From: Macrostomum lignano
Lineage: Eukaryota
Assembly: GCA_002269645.1 (NCBI GenBank)
Contig: NIVC01001082.1
Span: forward strand, 1-64,000
Direction: 5' to 3'
DNA: 64,000 bases
A model generated the notes under the pieces. The model worked only from the letters and a program-made list of their open reading frames with translations. It was not told the origin of the DNA and made no database searches. Below, one piece after another: positions 43,601 to 56,430 of this stretch; within the stretch, counting starts at the first letter, position 1, and each line of letters begins with the position of its first letter. Both the position numbers and the translations under genes were made by a program.

Positions 43601-46186
43601 ATCAATCTGGCATAGCATAGCAACAATCAATCTGGCATAGCAACAATTAATCTGGCATAGCAACAACCAATCTGGCATAGTAACAGCCAGTCTAGCATAG
43701 CAACAGCCAATTTGGCATAGCAACAATCAATCTGGCATAGCATAGCAACAATCAATCTGGCATAGCAACAATTAATCTGGCATAGCAACAACCAATCTGG
43801 CATAGTAACAGCCAGTCTAGCATAGCAACAGCCAATTTGGCATAGCAACAATCAATCTGGCATAGCATAGCAACAATCAATCTGGCATAGCAACAATTAA
43901 TCTGGCATAGCAACAGTCAATCTGGCATAGTGACAGTCAATCTGGCATAGCAACAATTAATCTGGCATAGCAACAGCCAATCTGGCATAGCAAAAACATA
44001 GCAACGGGCACATTTTAATGAATAGAAGTAAAATGCGACTTGCAACGACCATTTAAGTACGAAAAAGCAAGCGAAAAGAAATTACAATAACTCGCCTTGA
44101 ACAAACAGTCCGCCAGTGACCAGCATGAAACTGGAGCAGGCAGATTTCTTAGAGCGACGCAGAATTGGAATCTGATCTAGCTGAGGTTCGCCCTGCTCGT
44201 ACGGCGACAGCAGCCACAGGGTGAAGGCTAGTGCCGTGCAGATAAAGTAGAACAGAATTACCAGAATCCACGTCTGCAACAGGTTATGTGTATGTGAGGT
44301 CAGGCTGGGCACTGTGGGGGTCGCAACTCGCACTTCTGTATTTATAAGACTGTGTACAACCATCAGTCTGTATTGATAAGACTGTGTACAACCATCAGTC
44401 TGCATTGATAAGACTGTGTACAACCATCAGTCTGCATTGATAAGACTGTGTACAACCATCAGTCTGCATTGATAAGACTGTGTACAACCATCAGTCTGCA
44501 TTGATAAGACTGTGTACAACCATCAGTCTGCATTGATAAGACTGTGTACAATCACCAGTCTGTATTGATAAGACTGTGTACAATCACTAGTCTGTATTGA
44601 TTAGACTGTGTACAACCACCAGTCTGTATTGATAAGACTGTGTACAACCACCAGTCTGTATTGATAAGACTGTGTACAACCACCAGTCTGTATTGATAAG
44701 ACTGTGTACAATCACCAGTCTGTATTGATAAGACTGTGTACAATCACCAGTCTGTATTGATAAGACTGTGTACAACCATAACAGCACACAAAAGAACAAA
44801 CTGCAACTTACCGAAGGAGCAAACGGCATCAGGAACAGAGCGGCATAGGACTCGGCCTCCTGCAGCTCCTGCTTGACAACAATTGACATGCCGGATGAAG
44901 CCACAGACACGGTGAAATCCACGTATTTTTCTCGATTAGCGGTAATTCTCAACGGAGCAAGAGCGAAGTCGGCTTTCTGCGTGCGGTGAGTGATTTAACA
45001 GTATGGGGTTTTTAGCAACTGCGCGCCTGAGGTCGGGGGTTCGATTGTCGACCCACTGGAAGGAACAATTTGTGTCCTTGAGCAAGACACTTAACTCTGC
45101 ATTGCTTCAGTTCACCCAGCTGTAAAATGGGTGCCAGCATTAGCTGGGGTAATTGCGGGTGTGTGTGGCGACCCCCCCCCCCCCAGTCCTTGGACTGAAC
45201 AGCCGCACGCAGCCTTCAGATAACGCTAGAAAAATAATATTATACATGCGCATTGTCGCATACCCCATCAATAACTTCTCTGATCAAGCCGTTCCAAGTG
45301 CCGTTGGGCAGCTGGGCTCCGTATTTGCTGTCGGGCACAACGTACAGGTTGTACTTGAAGTTCAGCTCTTCAGCGAGCAGGTCCAGAATGTCGATGTAAA
45401 AGCCGCGAATGCTGCTGCTGTTGTCGCCTTGTTTGAAGCTGAACGGCACTTCCTGGTGGGTGCAGAGCAGGGGACAGCGGTGTGAGCTGCGATGAGGGGG
45501 CCGCCCGGAAACTGGGCATCTGGGAGGCTGGCCCAGAAACTGACACTCTGGGAGGCTGGCCTAGCAACTGTTACTCTGGGAGGCTGGCCCAGCAACTGAG
45601 GATCTGGGAGGCTGGCCCAGCAACTGACTGAGGATCTGGGAGGCTGGCCCAGCAACTGACACTCTGGGAGGCTGGCCTAGCAACTGTTACTCTGGGAGGC
45701 TGGCCCAGCAACTGAGGATCTGGGAGGCTGGCCCAGCAACTGACTGAGGATCTGGGAGGCTGGCCCAGCAACTGACTGAGGATCTGGGAGGCTGGCCCAG
45801 CAACTGACTGAGGATTAGGCTGGCAATTCGACCTGAGGATCTGGGAGGCTGGCCCAGCAACTGACTGAGGATCTGGGAGGCTGGCCCAGCAACTGACTGA
45901 GGATCTGGGAGGCTGGCCCAGCAACTGACTGAGGATCTGGGAGGCTGGCCCAGCAACTGACTGAGGATCTGGGAGGCTGGCCCAGCAACTGACTGAGGAT
46001 TAGGCTGGCAATTCGACCTGAGGATCTGGGAGGCTGCCAGCTCAACCTGAGGATTAGTTATTTGAGCTATTAACGCACCAGCAGGGTGGCCACTTTGAGA
46101 GTTTTTCCCTGCAGGTCCAGCCGGGACCCATCGGCCATTGCCACGGGAGCAGCGGCAAACAGAAGCAGAGCCAAGAGCGGTAGCAT
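40630..46186 (-). CDS. Ionotropic glutamate receptor-family subunit lacking the amino-terminal domain (527 aa, 7 exons: 46186-46079, 45452-45264, 44976-44812, 44273-44096, 43033-42804, 42175-41953, 41120-40630)
   Basis: Signal peptide, then LKVATLLEVPF, GFYIDIL..LAEELNF, KYG..NGTWNGLI, ITANREKYVDFT, RILASVWWLF, YAFLAES, KDIWW. All exon phases are consistent. Confidence 0.9.
41185..41870. repeat. 28-bp satellite CCCAGCAACTGAGGATCTGGGAGGCTGG (iGluR intron 6)
   Basis: Direct inspection. Confidence 0.95.
43070..43990. repeat. 20-bp minisatellite TGGCATAGCAACAATCAATC (iGluR intron 4)
   Basis: Direct inspection. Confidence 0.95.
44340..44775. repeat. ~29-bp minisatellite TTGATAAGACTGTGTACAACCATCAGTCTG (iGluR intron 3)
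   Basis: Direct inspection. Confidence 0.95.
45020..45185 (+). mobile_element. tRNA-derived CORE-type SINE in iGluR intron 2
   Basis: B-box ggttcgatt (45038-45046) followed by tgtgtccttgagcaagacacttaac...cccagctgtaaaatggg, resembling the MIR/CORE domain. Confidence 0.7.
45520..46050. repeat. 28/32-bp satellite, same family as 41185-41870 (iGluR intron 1)
   Basis: Direct inspection. Confidence 0.95.
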
Positions 46187-46547
46187 GCCGTCTTGCCACA
46201 TTTAGCTGCAAGATTAAAATAAGGGATGATTTGTAATTGTATCAAATTATTCAGCAAAAGCAAGTCATCTGGATCCCGGACGTCAGTGACTAGATAAACT
46301 AATTGTAAGCATTAAAATTAGCTATTTGAAAAACGAAGAAAAATGAGGAACATTAAAGAGATAAATCTGGTATGTATGAGTAATAATTGTTCACCAATTC
46401 TGCAAATTTGTTCTATTGTTGCAAGTTACACTGACAGCATTTTATAGCAGCTGATAGAAATCATACAATCCGCTATTAAACATAAAATAATATTAAAAGC
46501 TTTCTAGGCATGCTTTGACGCAAGTGTTCTATTGAACACTGGTGCAG

Positions 46548-46995
46548 GACTCATGGGGAATAACCCTGGTTGCCTATGGCTCATGGGGAATAACCCTGGT
46601 TGCCTATGGCTCATGGGGAATAACCCTGGTTGTCTATGGCTCATGGGGAATAACCCTGGTTGTCTATGGCTCATGGGGAATAACCCTGGTTGTCTATGGC
46701 TCATGGGGAATAACCCTGGTTGTCTATGGCTCATGGGGAATAACCCTGGTTGTCTATGGCTCATGGGGAATAACCCTGGTTGTCTATGGCTCATGGGGAA
46801 TAACCCTGGTTGTCTATGGCTCATGGGGAATAACCCTGGTTGTCTATGGCTCATGGGGAATAACCCTGGTTGTCTATGGCTCATGGGGAATAACCCTGGT
46901 TGTCTATGGCTCATGGGGGTATAACCCTGGTTGTCTATGGCTCATGGAGAATAACCCTGGTTGTCTATGGCTCATGGGGAATAACCCTGGTTGCC
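46548..46995. repeat. 30-bp minisatellite CTCATGGGGAATAACCCTGGTTGTCTATGG (~14 near-perfect copies)
   Basis: Direct inspection. Confidence 0.95.
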
Positions 46996-47499
46996 TTATA
47001 ACGTTTTAGGCGTTATGACTTTGTAGCAGAAAAGTCTTTTCTTTGGAAAGAAAAAAAGCTAGATGAAAAAATAGCAAACAAACAAGCGTAATTAAAGTGC
47101 ACACTGCAGCACAGGTATGCACAGGTAATAAGAGGCATTAATCAGCACCGCGAACAGAATGACAGTATCTGAATGGGCATACATAACACGAAATAATAAT
47201 TGAATAAACAAAGTAAGACTCGGACTGCCAAGTGCGATTCAAAGATTCTTTAAAAAAATCAAAATCAACATGGAACAACTAGCATTAATTACATTTTAAG
47301 TAAGCACAGTATACAAAAGTCTGCAGACTTAACTACATACTAAAACGATGATATGCGCTAATGTTTGGGCTTGTTTTTCTATTTAAAATCAGCATCAAGC
47401 GAAATCTATACAGAAAGGCACTTTTGTTGCGCAAATGAAAGAATATGTCATTGTCAAAGCACTACTTTTCATAATAAAGGGCGGATCTTAAATGTTAGA

Positions 47500-47860
47500 A
47501 AGCGGATCTTTAAGGTTAGAGGGCGGATATTAAAAGGGTAGAGGGCGGATATTAAAAGGGTAGAGGGCGGATATTAAAAGGGTAGAGGGCGGATATTAAA
47601 AGGGTAGAGGGCGGATATTAAAAGGGTAGAGGGCGGATCTTAAAAGGGTAGAGGGCAGATCTTAAAAGGGTAGAGGGCGGATATTAAAAGGGTAGAGGGC
47701 GGATCCTAAAAGGGTAGAGGGCGGATATTAAAAGGGTAGAGGGCGGATATTAAAAGGGTAGAGGGCGGATCTTAAAGTGCAGAGGGCGGATCTTTAAGGA
47801 TAGAAAACGAATCTGAAATGGTAAAGAGCGGATCTTTAGGTGTAGAGGGCGGATGTTTAA
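47500..47860. repeat. ~23-bp minisatellite AGGGCGGATATTAAAAGGGTAG-like
   Basis: Direct inspection. Confidence 0.9.
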
Positions 47861-48149
47861 GGTTAAATATTGAACCTAAAATGATAGAGTGGGTTTACAT
47901 CTGTGGTTGGCGGAACTTTTTACAAGCGAATTATATCTCTACAAGTACAGAGTACACAAATTAGGCTAGCATACTATGTCAGATGTTACAGTATAATATT
48001 TGAAGAAATTGGGTTAAGCTAGCATCAGTTTAAACTTTAAATTGTAACTATCGCACAGACCATTCCCTTCAGAGAGATGATTTTAATCACTGGAATTACT
48101 GACAGTTCAGATAAAAGCGCAGATATTGGGCCAGTATCTTAGAGGTTCA

Positions 48150-49079
48150 TCACACACTGGCAGTGCTAGACGACAAAGTACCCTGCGAGCCTGTTGCAGA
48201 ATAAACCAATCGATGCTTCAACTGCATAAGCAGCATAGAAACACTGCACGATCTACTACTACTATTAGTAATAGAATCCGAACAGGACAGTCCCATTAAG
48301 GAACCCAGACGCCGTACAATGGAAGACAGACAGCTGGGCATCAGGTGGCAGCGCCGACAGTAGCAGGTGACTGATAATAGCCTGGAGCAGACGCAGGATG
48401 CCACTAAACTGGCGGATCGGGCCACAGTCTGCAAGCAGGACTCTGGTGGACAGCCGTCATTGAGGTACAGCGCATAGGAGCAGGCATCGGCCGGGCGGCC
48501 CTCGATCACATAGTAGAACGGCAGCCGGCAGTGCAGCTGAAACCCCTGGCCCTGATAGAACTCTATAGCAGCCCGATTTGTAGCCAACACGTGCAGGTAG
48601 ACGCATTTCACCTGGCTGCCTAAGCTGGCGTGTAAATGGCTTAACAGGTTGCTTAGCAACAGGCGAGCTAAGCCGCGCCTTCTGTAGGGCTGGCTGACAC
48701 CGATGCTGAGCAAGTAGCACACCTTTGTCTCCGGCGGGAATTGACAGCTTAACAAATCGGCATCCTCTTTATTAACTATAGCAATAGGCTTGACCTCGGC
48801 TACTAGCATAGCGACCATCTCGTTGCCTAGCAACGCAGCTTGGGTATAAAATCGATCATTGGTGACGATATCGTGAAACCAGGAGTCTGGATAATCGATA
48901 GGGAACAGGTGTTTAGCCAAACATTTGACATCGTCAGTGTCTGGCGGATAGAGCCGGCGCAACGAGACTGAGTTGTGAAGTGGATCAGCCGGTGCGCTCA
49001 TCTTCATGCCAGCAGAGTACAGCTTGCAGCATAGCAGGTCTGATGAGTGAGTGAGCAATGAACTGGCATTTGAGCACAT
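48150..49079 (-). CDS. NAA60: N-alpha-acetyltransferase 60 (NatF), single exon; the true start may be a downstream Met
   Basis: FPIDYPDSW, MLVAEVK, NKEDADLL, YLLSIGV..YRRRGLA, VYLHVLATN..AIEFY, LPFYY.I.G, YLNDGCPP. Confidence 0.9.
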   Translation of the reverse strand: MCSNASSLLTHSSDLLCCKLYSAGMKMSAPADPLHNSVSLRRLYPPDTDDVKCLAKHLFPIDYPDSWFHDIVTNDRFYTQAALLGNEMVAMLVAEVKPIAIVNKEDADLLSCQFPPETKVCYLLSIGVSQPYRRRGLARLLLSNLLSHLHASLGSQVKCVYLHVLATNRAAIEFYQGQGFQLHCRLPFYYVIEGRPADACSYALYLNDGCPPESCLQTVARSASLVASCVCSRLLSVTCYCRRCHLMPSCLSSIVRRLGSLMGLSCSDSITNSSSRSCSVSMLLMQLKHRLVYSATGSQGTLSSSTASV

Positions 49080-50338
49080 AGTATAATAGCCTTAGATACA
49101 GTATAGCATTATAGTAGCAAATATATATACACAATGTTCAGTGTATCTAAAAAAATTCCATTTCAGGCTATTTATACTACTCAAAAGTACTATAATGTGT
49201 TGCTACAATTGTTGATTAAAAAACATGTCTAAAAAGGAAAAGATTGCAATAGCTTTTTAAAAAATACAAAACACTAAATTCTCAAAAACTATAGAGTATA
49301 GGCATAAATACATTCTATTATTAATGTAAATTAAACAACCATACATTGACAAAATTAAGTTTTTGAAATTAACAAAATTCAATATTAGCTTTAAAAAAAA
49401 TTTATTACATTTTCCCCATTAACTGCACTCCAAGTTGTTTTAAGTTTTTTATATCAATTTCTAGTCTTTTCTAGCTATATTTGGTAAGAGCTTTTAAAAC
49501 ATATTACAATTGAAGTATTCATGGATCTTGTACTGCTGCTTTGTAATTTCAAATCAGGTTAATCTTGAAATTGCATTTGCCAAACAAGTTTAAGATTGCT
49601 CCAAAATGTCTTTCTTTGTCACTGATATATACTAACTAATTGCCTACAAAATAGGCTTATAGTAAAGTGAACCAACTATACCCACTTTGATAGTGTTTTA
49701 TTCTAATGGAAATTTCTGTAAAATGCCCTAAGCAAAAAAAATTGTTTCTACCAATTGATTAGTAAATCAATGAAAATAGTCGATCATAATGGCAGTTTTT
49801 ACCATTAGACATAGGCCTTATTTATACTAGTTATAACCAAAGTATACTGCTAGATGGTCTTATACTGAAAACTGAAAGCTGAGCATGATACATGACAAAA
49901 GGCATTTGAGTAGAATTAGCCAGCTTATACATTATGCATTTTCCATATATCTAACCTAATCAGAGAAGCTACAACTATTGAATTGGATGCCAGTGAGTTA
50001 GTGACATCAATGGCAATACCCTAATGACCTAGGACATGATAGCAGCATAGGTAGTCAATTTACAAAGGCCTATAGAGCAATACTACACACAATTAGCCTA
50101 ATTAGGTACTACATTTGTGCTGCTGGCTGCTGCTACAAGTGTGTGATCAACCATAATAGTGTGGATTGCAACCTGGATACTAGTTAAAACTTTGATTAGA
50201 ATGTCAGCAAAGTTTTTTCTTGTCATGGAAGTTGACAGATTTTTTTCTAAGCTGCAAATGCGATACTTAGCTGATAGATATGAGCCTAATGCCATTGCTA
50301 GTACCAATCACTAGCAGTTGAACATTGAATAGTAGCAT

Positions 50339-50587
50339 GTGTATAACTTTGTTCTCAATTGGCTAGATGAGGCAAATGATAAGTTGGAGAGAGTCAAAGC
50401 AAAAAATTTCATTATACATGGTCTGGCAGACACAGGTAAGAGCTTCTTGATTAGTATATTGTATGGTCTACTAGGCAAAGGTTGCTCACTCCTGGCTCCC
50501 ACTAGCATTGCTCAACATTGGCAGCTTGACAGTGCAGGCAGCTCTACACATTCTAGCTACAAAATTCTGGTAGTAAGAGAGTGGTAG
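50339..50587 (+). pseudogene. Decayed PIF1-like SF1 helicase fragment (Helitron-type relic)
   Basis: FIIHGLADTGKSFLI...LLAPTSIA resembles the PIF1 motifs G.AGTGKS and LAPTGIAA. Confidence 0.6.
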
Positions 50588-50985
50588 CAAAGTGCTAAAG
50601 ACCATTTAGGTAAGGTTGCATTGCATCCTATTGTACATAGAAAGAATGCACACATAAATTACCATTTATTAATGCATTGATATACTACTATTATTTCTCA
50701 TATTGTCTATTTGGCAAAGCCACTTTCTTGTACCCTTTAAGTTTCCCTTTTGTCTATGTCCTATTTCTCTGCAGCCAATTGTATATTCCAAAGCATCACT
50801 CTTTCATTTTGTTTGCCAAAAATAAGCTTGAGCCTTAAGGCAAATTGACAAGAATAAAAATTCATTAGCATTTGCACTGCTCTGATTCCTTAAAGATAAT
50901 CTACAGTTATTCTAATAACTATGCATGAGCCACTTCACATCCCATGAGGTTGATCATTATCAATGAGATATCAATGCTTAGCCAG

Positions 50986-51357
50986 TAGAGGTTGGACGGG
51001 ATTGAAATCTTCGGGCGGGATCGGGATCGGGAATAATTTTTTTCTCGGGATCGGGATCAGGTATTTTAGTGTATTGTCCATGTAAAGTTAAACAAAATTG
51101 AGAAAAGATTGTCAAGATCAAGAAATAAAACACAACAAAATTGATATGAAGTTTTGTAACCAACAAAGTAAATAATATAATGAGTACAAGTTAAAGCAAA
51201 ATACCTTCAAGTAATCACTAATTCTATAAATTTTAATCAAAAGACCTGTTCCCAAATCTTGAGTTTTTTAGGGTCGGGATTCTGGTCCCGCGGGAATTCA
51301 ATTTTCCTCGGGATCCCGAGATTTCAGGATCCAGATCGGGATCCCGTTTGACCTCTA
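50986..51357. mobile_element. hAT-type MITE
   Basis: TIR tagaggt(tgg/caa)acgggat; subterminal tcggga repeats; 8-bp TSD ttagccag/ttagctag. Confidence 0.8.
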
Positions 51358-54300
51358 TTAGCTAGACCATGTTGCACTTCATCAACTGGTATCATTGTCA
51401 TTCATTGTCATACCAACAAAATGAACAAACCATTTGATAGTAGGGTAATGATGCTAATAGGCAACTTTTACTAGCCAAAGGCAGTCTTTTATTTATTGCA
51501 ATAGTGGTCATAGGGGATGGCCAAGCAAATTTAGCTAGTATACAAGTCATTCAACATCATCTTTTTTAAAAAGCAAAAAGTGCAATAGTCATCTGACTTC
51601 GAGTTTAGATAGCTACAGTAATATGCAAGATAGGGCAAGCTTTAGTAGGCTAACTTTGATATACTTTTGCAGTGTTATATTGTAATGTTTTGCTACTATA
51701 AGATAGTTATATTATATAAAACCACAAATGCTACAGTTGATAAGAGAAATAAGAGATGCCTATAACTAAACTTGGCTGATAATCCCATCTATTTGATTTG
51801 GTTGCTCTCTATGAATCTACAGATAATAGCATACAAAGCCACTTGACTACATAAGCCAAATATAGCCAAATAGCAAAATATGCTTACCAAGTTTCTTTGA
51901 TTAGGCTAGGGACTTTAATAAAGGTGTTGTGACTTGCTAGGTCTATCTTAATATAGATATGAAAAGATTTTTAGTAAAAAGGGCTAGTTTTTACAAATTA
52001 ATAACTTCAAATGCAATGCAATTATATAGAATAAAAATCAAATATAAACTAGAAAAAAGAGAAAAACTACTTTTTCAAAAACTCAAATAAAAAAGTTTAG
52101 CCAATTTTTTGGCAAGTCACAAGACCTTCACTGAAGTCCTTATTTATATACTATAGTTAATGATATAATAGGCAATGTTAAATTATTTTGACATTAAATT
52201 TTAAACAAACAACCTAAAAAGCCTAAAATGAGTTCACTAAACTATCCTAACCACCCATTTATCAATCACTAAATTTTGTTAATTGAATGACCTAACCATG
52301 TATATAAGCTATACTTATATAACTTTCTCTAACACATTCTCAGATATATCTTTTAATAGGCCTACTTTTAGGATACTTAAAATATTGCAAAAATGTTTGA
52401 AAATATGTCACTAAAATTTAACTAATATATGACTATTTTCCTAATACTTTTTGTGACAATTTAAGTGTACTAAAATGTATCAAAAGTTGTGTCTAAAATT
52501 GTAATAAATCTAAAAATGTCTAAAATCTCTAATTCAAAGAAAATTATATAGGTATAGTTTTCTATTGGAATAAGTGTAGAAAACTTGCGGATGCACAACA
52601 TGGGGTCTAAAATAGTAACTCAAAAATGCAACATGACACAGAATATTTTAACTTTTACACTGAATATAGGCATATTTAGATAACAAGATAATTGATTAAA
52701 TAATAAGGCATTAAACCTTAATAAGATTGTCATAATTACTTTTGCCATTTATCCAAAACTTGCATTGCACTGCAACAGCACTTGCCTTGACTCTAGTTGC
52801 AATGCAATACCAGAAAATTCAAAATTGCAATGGACACCTTTGTCTCCTTATTCAAATAGGGGTAGGCTATAGCTTATATAGGCCCCTATATGATCAGGCC
52901 TATATCATTTAGATCAGTGAAATATAGTGATTGATAAATGAGTGGTCAAGAAGCACGGCTATCTTCTCGAATCGTTGGTATAATTTCAACCACCACCCCC
53001 TGGCCCCCACCACCCTTGAATAGAGGGCGAAATAATTCTGGAAATAATTAAATGAACGATTCGAGATTGCCAGAAGCACATAGTATATGTATGCCTATTA
53101 GCTATTAGTCAAAATATATGCATTCTCCTAAGTCCTAAGCAACACAATGACCACAACTTGTAATGAGATAGGGGGCCTAAGCCTACTATAATATTAAGGG
53201 GTCCCGTGAGATTTTGAAAGTTGTAAATTTCTAATTTTTTATTATTTAGTATGATAGATCTTGTTTGTATGAGTAAAAAGACACTTCACTTTTGAATTTT
53301 GGTCAAGTAATAAAAAATTTATAGGCCCCTAACATTTTAGTGTTGTATTTTTGACATTTCCATAATGCATTTTCCCATAAGATACTGTGATCATTTTTCT
53401 TTAAAATGTCTGATTTTTCAAGTTATAAATAATATAATAACTTTTGAATTATCCAATGGATTTTTAGCCAATCAATCAAATGGCTAAGCCATTTGTAGGC
53501 ATGTAGGCATGTGGCCTGTTTGGCCAATTCAGGCCATTTCAGGGTCGATATACATTTTTTGTGAATAGAGGATATGTTACATTATATTTAATCTTTTTTA
53601 TATTATGTGAAATTATGTCAACCATTAAACAAGAATCAAATTAGCCTATACTCTAGGCCTATTGAGCTGTAAAATGTAATTTTTATATATTAAGTTTTAA
53701 AGTCCCTCGAATTTTTCCCGTTTAAATTACTTTAAATTACTGCCAAACAGCTTTCGACTTTTCGGCAAAAAATAAAACGAATATTTTAACTGTTTATAAT
53801 GCAACCAGTTCACAGATATGCAATAAAATATCCTTATGCAGTTTGCGAAGAAGGGAAAACAAAATAATTAAATCTGGTATGTACTCAGGCGCATTCAAAT
53901 TTGGTTTGTACTCGTATACTGCCGAAACGACAATATTATTGCTGACTGAACTGGCCATAATTTAGAGGAATATCTCCTGAAAAAGGCCATTTGACCTATT
54001 TAGGCCGAATGATACTACTAGAATGTACGAGCAGATAAGATTCTTTTATCTCAGATAAAATTAAGTTTGTGGTTTGTGTAACGTGAAGCATTTGTAGTGA
54101 AATTACAACTTAGCTTAGATTTGAATTGCATAGGCCCTATATTTTATGAGTTAACGACGAGAAGGATTGGGGCGAGAAACTTAACTGCGAGAAAGAACTG
54201 TAAAAGGAAATTAGTCTATGGTAATTTATGACAAACTGAGTTGCAAATAAAAAGTACAACAAAATACCCATACGACCCCCCTTCCGATTGCGGAGCACGG

Positions 54301-54420
54301 GGAAAAGAGACTGTAACTGAATTATAAAATGGTGGAATGGCTTAAATTATTGAAACGAAGCGGTTATATAGTTGAAATACGAGCTAAATTTTATATGAGG
54401 CGTTGAACATTGAGAAATAT

Positions 54421-56430
54421 TGAGAACATTGGAACAGCAGTCAGTAGACGTTATACATTACAAAGTTTTAATAATAAATGTAATCATTATGGCGTCGGAA
54501 TTGGACTTGGCGGCCGCTAGAGGTCGCTCTAGGAGGTGATGAGTCCGCCGGTTCCTCTAGTTTGGCGGCTTTTCCGGCAGCGGGTTCGCGGCCGGCTGAA
54601 CAGCAGACTTCGGAAACGAAAGTCGCGCCGGCTTGAGGCGATCGATAGAGACAGATTCGGTGTTGCCTGACGGTAGGAAAATAACGAAGAACTTGTCAGT
54701 TCGCTGTTTCACGCGATACGGCCCTGAGTACGGCGCCTCGAGCGGCGACCGCACGCGATCGACCCGAACCCAGACGAATTTAGCTAGCTAGCCATTTCCA
54801 GGTCCTTGGGTACGTAGCTCCGTGTTTCTTGCGTCTTCGCGTGTGGACTCGTTAAACTCTGTCAGCAGTTCCTGCAGCCGTGTCCGAAGACGAGACGAAT
54901 GTATGGGCGACTACTTCCGCGGTTATTGATTCCAGTGGTGTAGCTTCTAGCCAGCCAGTCGAGCGGTCGACCATCGTGGTAGCGGGCAGACTGGTGGCCA
55001 AAGGTGGTAGCATTAGCTGGTGGAAGTGGTCCCACAATATCGATGTGTACCGCCTCAAAGCGATTTGATGGTAATGCGAAGGCCTGTTGCGGGGAGACAG
55101 TGTGGCGAGTCACTTTACTCCGTTGGCAGTCCTGGCAGTTCCAGCAGCAGTAGGTCTTGATGGACTTGCGCATTCCGGGCCAAAAGTAACGTTCTGTGAT
55201 GTGTTTTGCTGTTTTACGGTAGCCGAAATGACCAAGTCGATGGAAGGAGGCAATCACGGCGTCGCGGAGAGACGGCGGAATGATCGGGCGAGGATACGGC
55301 GTTGACGTCTCACACCAAACGACGACGTCTTTGTCCAGAGAAAACGATCGAATATTTTAGTGCAGGTGAGAACGACTCCGGTCGTTGTGCTTCAGCGATA
55401 CTGGGCAGATCAAGAGGGAATTGGCTTGATGGGGCAGCGACTACAGCGACTGTTGCGATGTCGGACACGTGATCATTCACTGGGAAGTCAGGCAGTCGAG
55501 AAAGGGCATCAGCTATTACGTTGTCTGCACCGCGAATGTACTGGACATCTGCCACGTACTCGGACAAGACGGTCAAATAGCGCTGATTGCGATCTGACGT
55601 AGTGGTGCGATTGGCGCGGAAGGCCTGAGCTAGTGGTTTATGATCGGTGAACAAGGTCACGCTCAGTCCTTCAATGAGGTTGCGGAAGTGCAACACTGCC
55701 AGGTACGCCGCGAGTAGTTCTCGGTCGAACGTGCTGTACATCCTTTGAGATGACGACAACTACTTGCTGAACATGCCAAGAGGTGACGTTCCGGTTGAAG
55801 CTGAGGTTTGATGCAGAACGGCACCAACACAGTCGGCTGAGGCATCAGTGACAGGTGGTACGCAGTACAGTTGGGGTCCGGATGATGCAGCAGTCTCTCT
55901 GAGAGAGCTTGTTTGATGTTTTCGAAAGATTTCTGATGCTGCTCTGTCCATTGGAAGTTTCCTGCTGACTGTAGTGATGCAGTGAGTAGGTCTTGCAGTG
56001 GACAGATGCGATCGGCAAAGTTGGGAACGAATCGACGGTAGAAACCAACGACACCGAGGAAGCGCCGAAGTGCGTTCGAATCCGTGGGTGTCGGCCAGTC
56101 AGTGATTGTTTGGATCTTCTTCTGGAGAGGTTTTATTCCTTCAAGAGTCACGCGATGGCCAAGGAAATCTACCTCGGATTGAAAGAATTCGCACTTCTTC
56201 AAAGGAACCTGTAGGCCGTGTGTTCTTAGGCGGTCCAAAACTTGTTCCAAATGCGAGTAGTGGTCCTCACGAGTCTTTGAGAATATCGGAACAGCAGTCA
56301 GTAAACGTTATACATTACAAGGTTAATAATAAATGTAATCATTATGGCGTCGGTTTTTACCGTCGATTCGTTCCCAACTTTGCCCACCGCATCTGTCCGC
56401 TGCAAGACCTACTCAAGACCGACCCTTAGG
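54421..56430 (-). mobile_element. Rearranged Ty3/gypsy remnant (RT C-term, RNase H, partial integrase)
   Basis: KCEFFQSEVDFLGH, FLGVVGFYRRF, TDASA..GAVL, DRELLA..FTDHKPL, GHFG..ERYFWPGM..CQDC, VHIDIVGP, PYSGPYRV..DRLKPA. Confidence 0.9.

Noticed and set aside
46548-46995. CRISPR-like appearance of 28-31-bp repeats here and elsewhere
   Set aside because: Units are head-to-tail with no unique spacers, there are no cas genes, and the context is eukaryotic.
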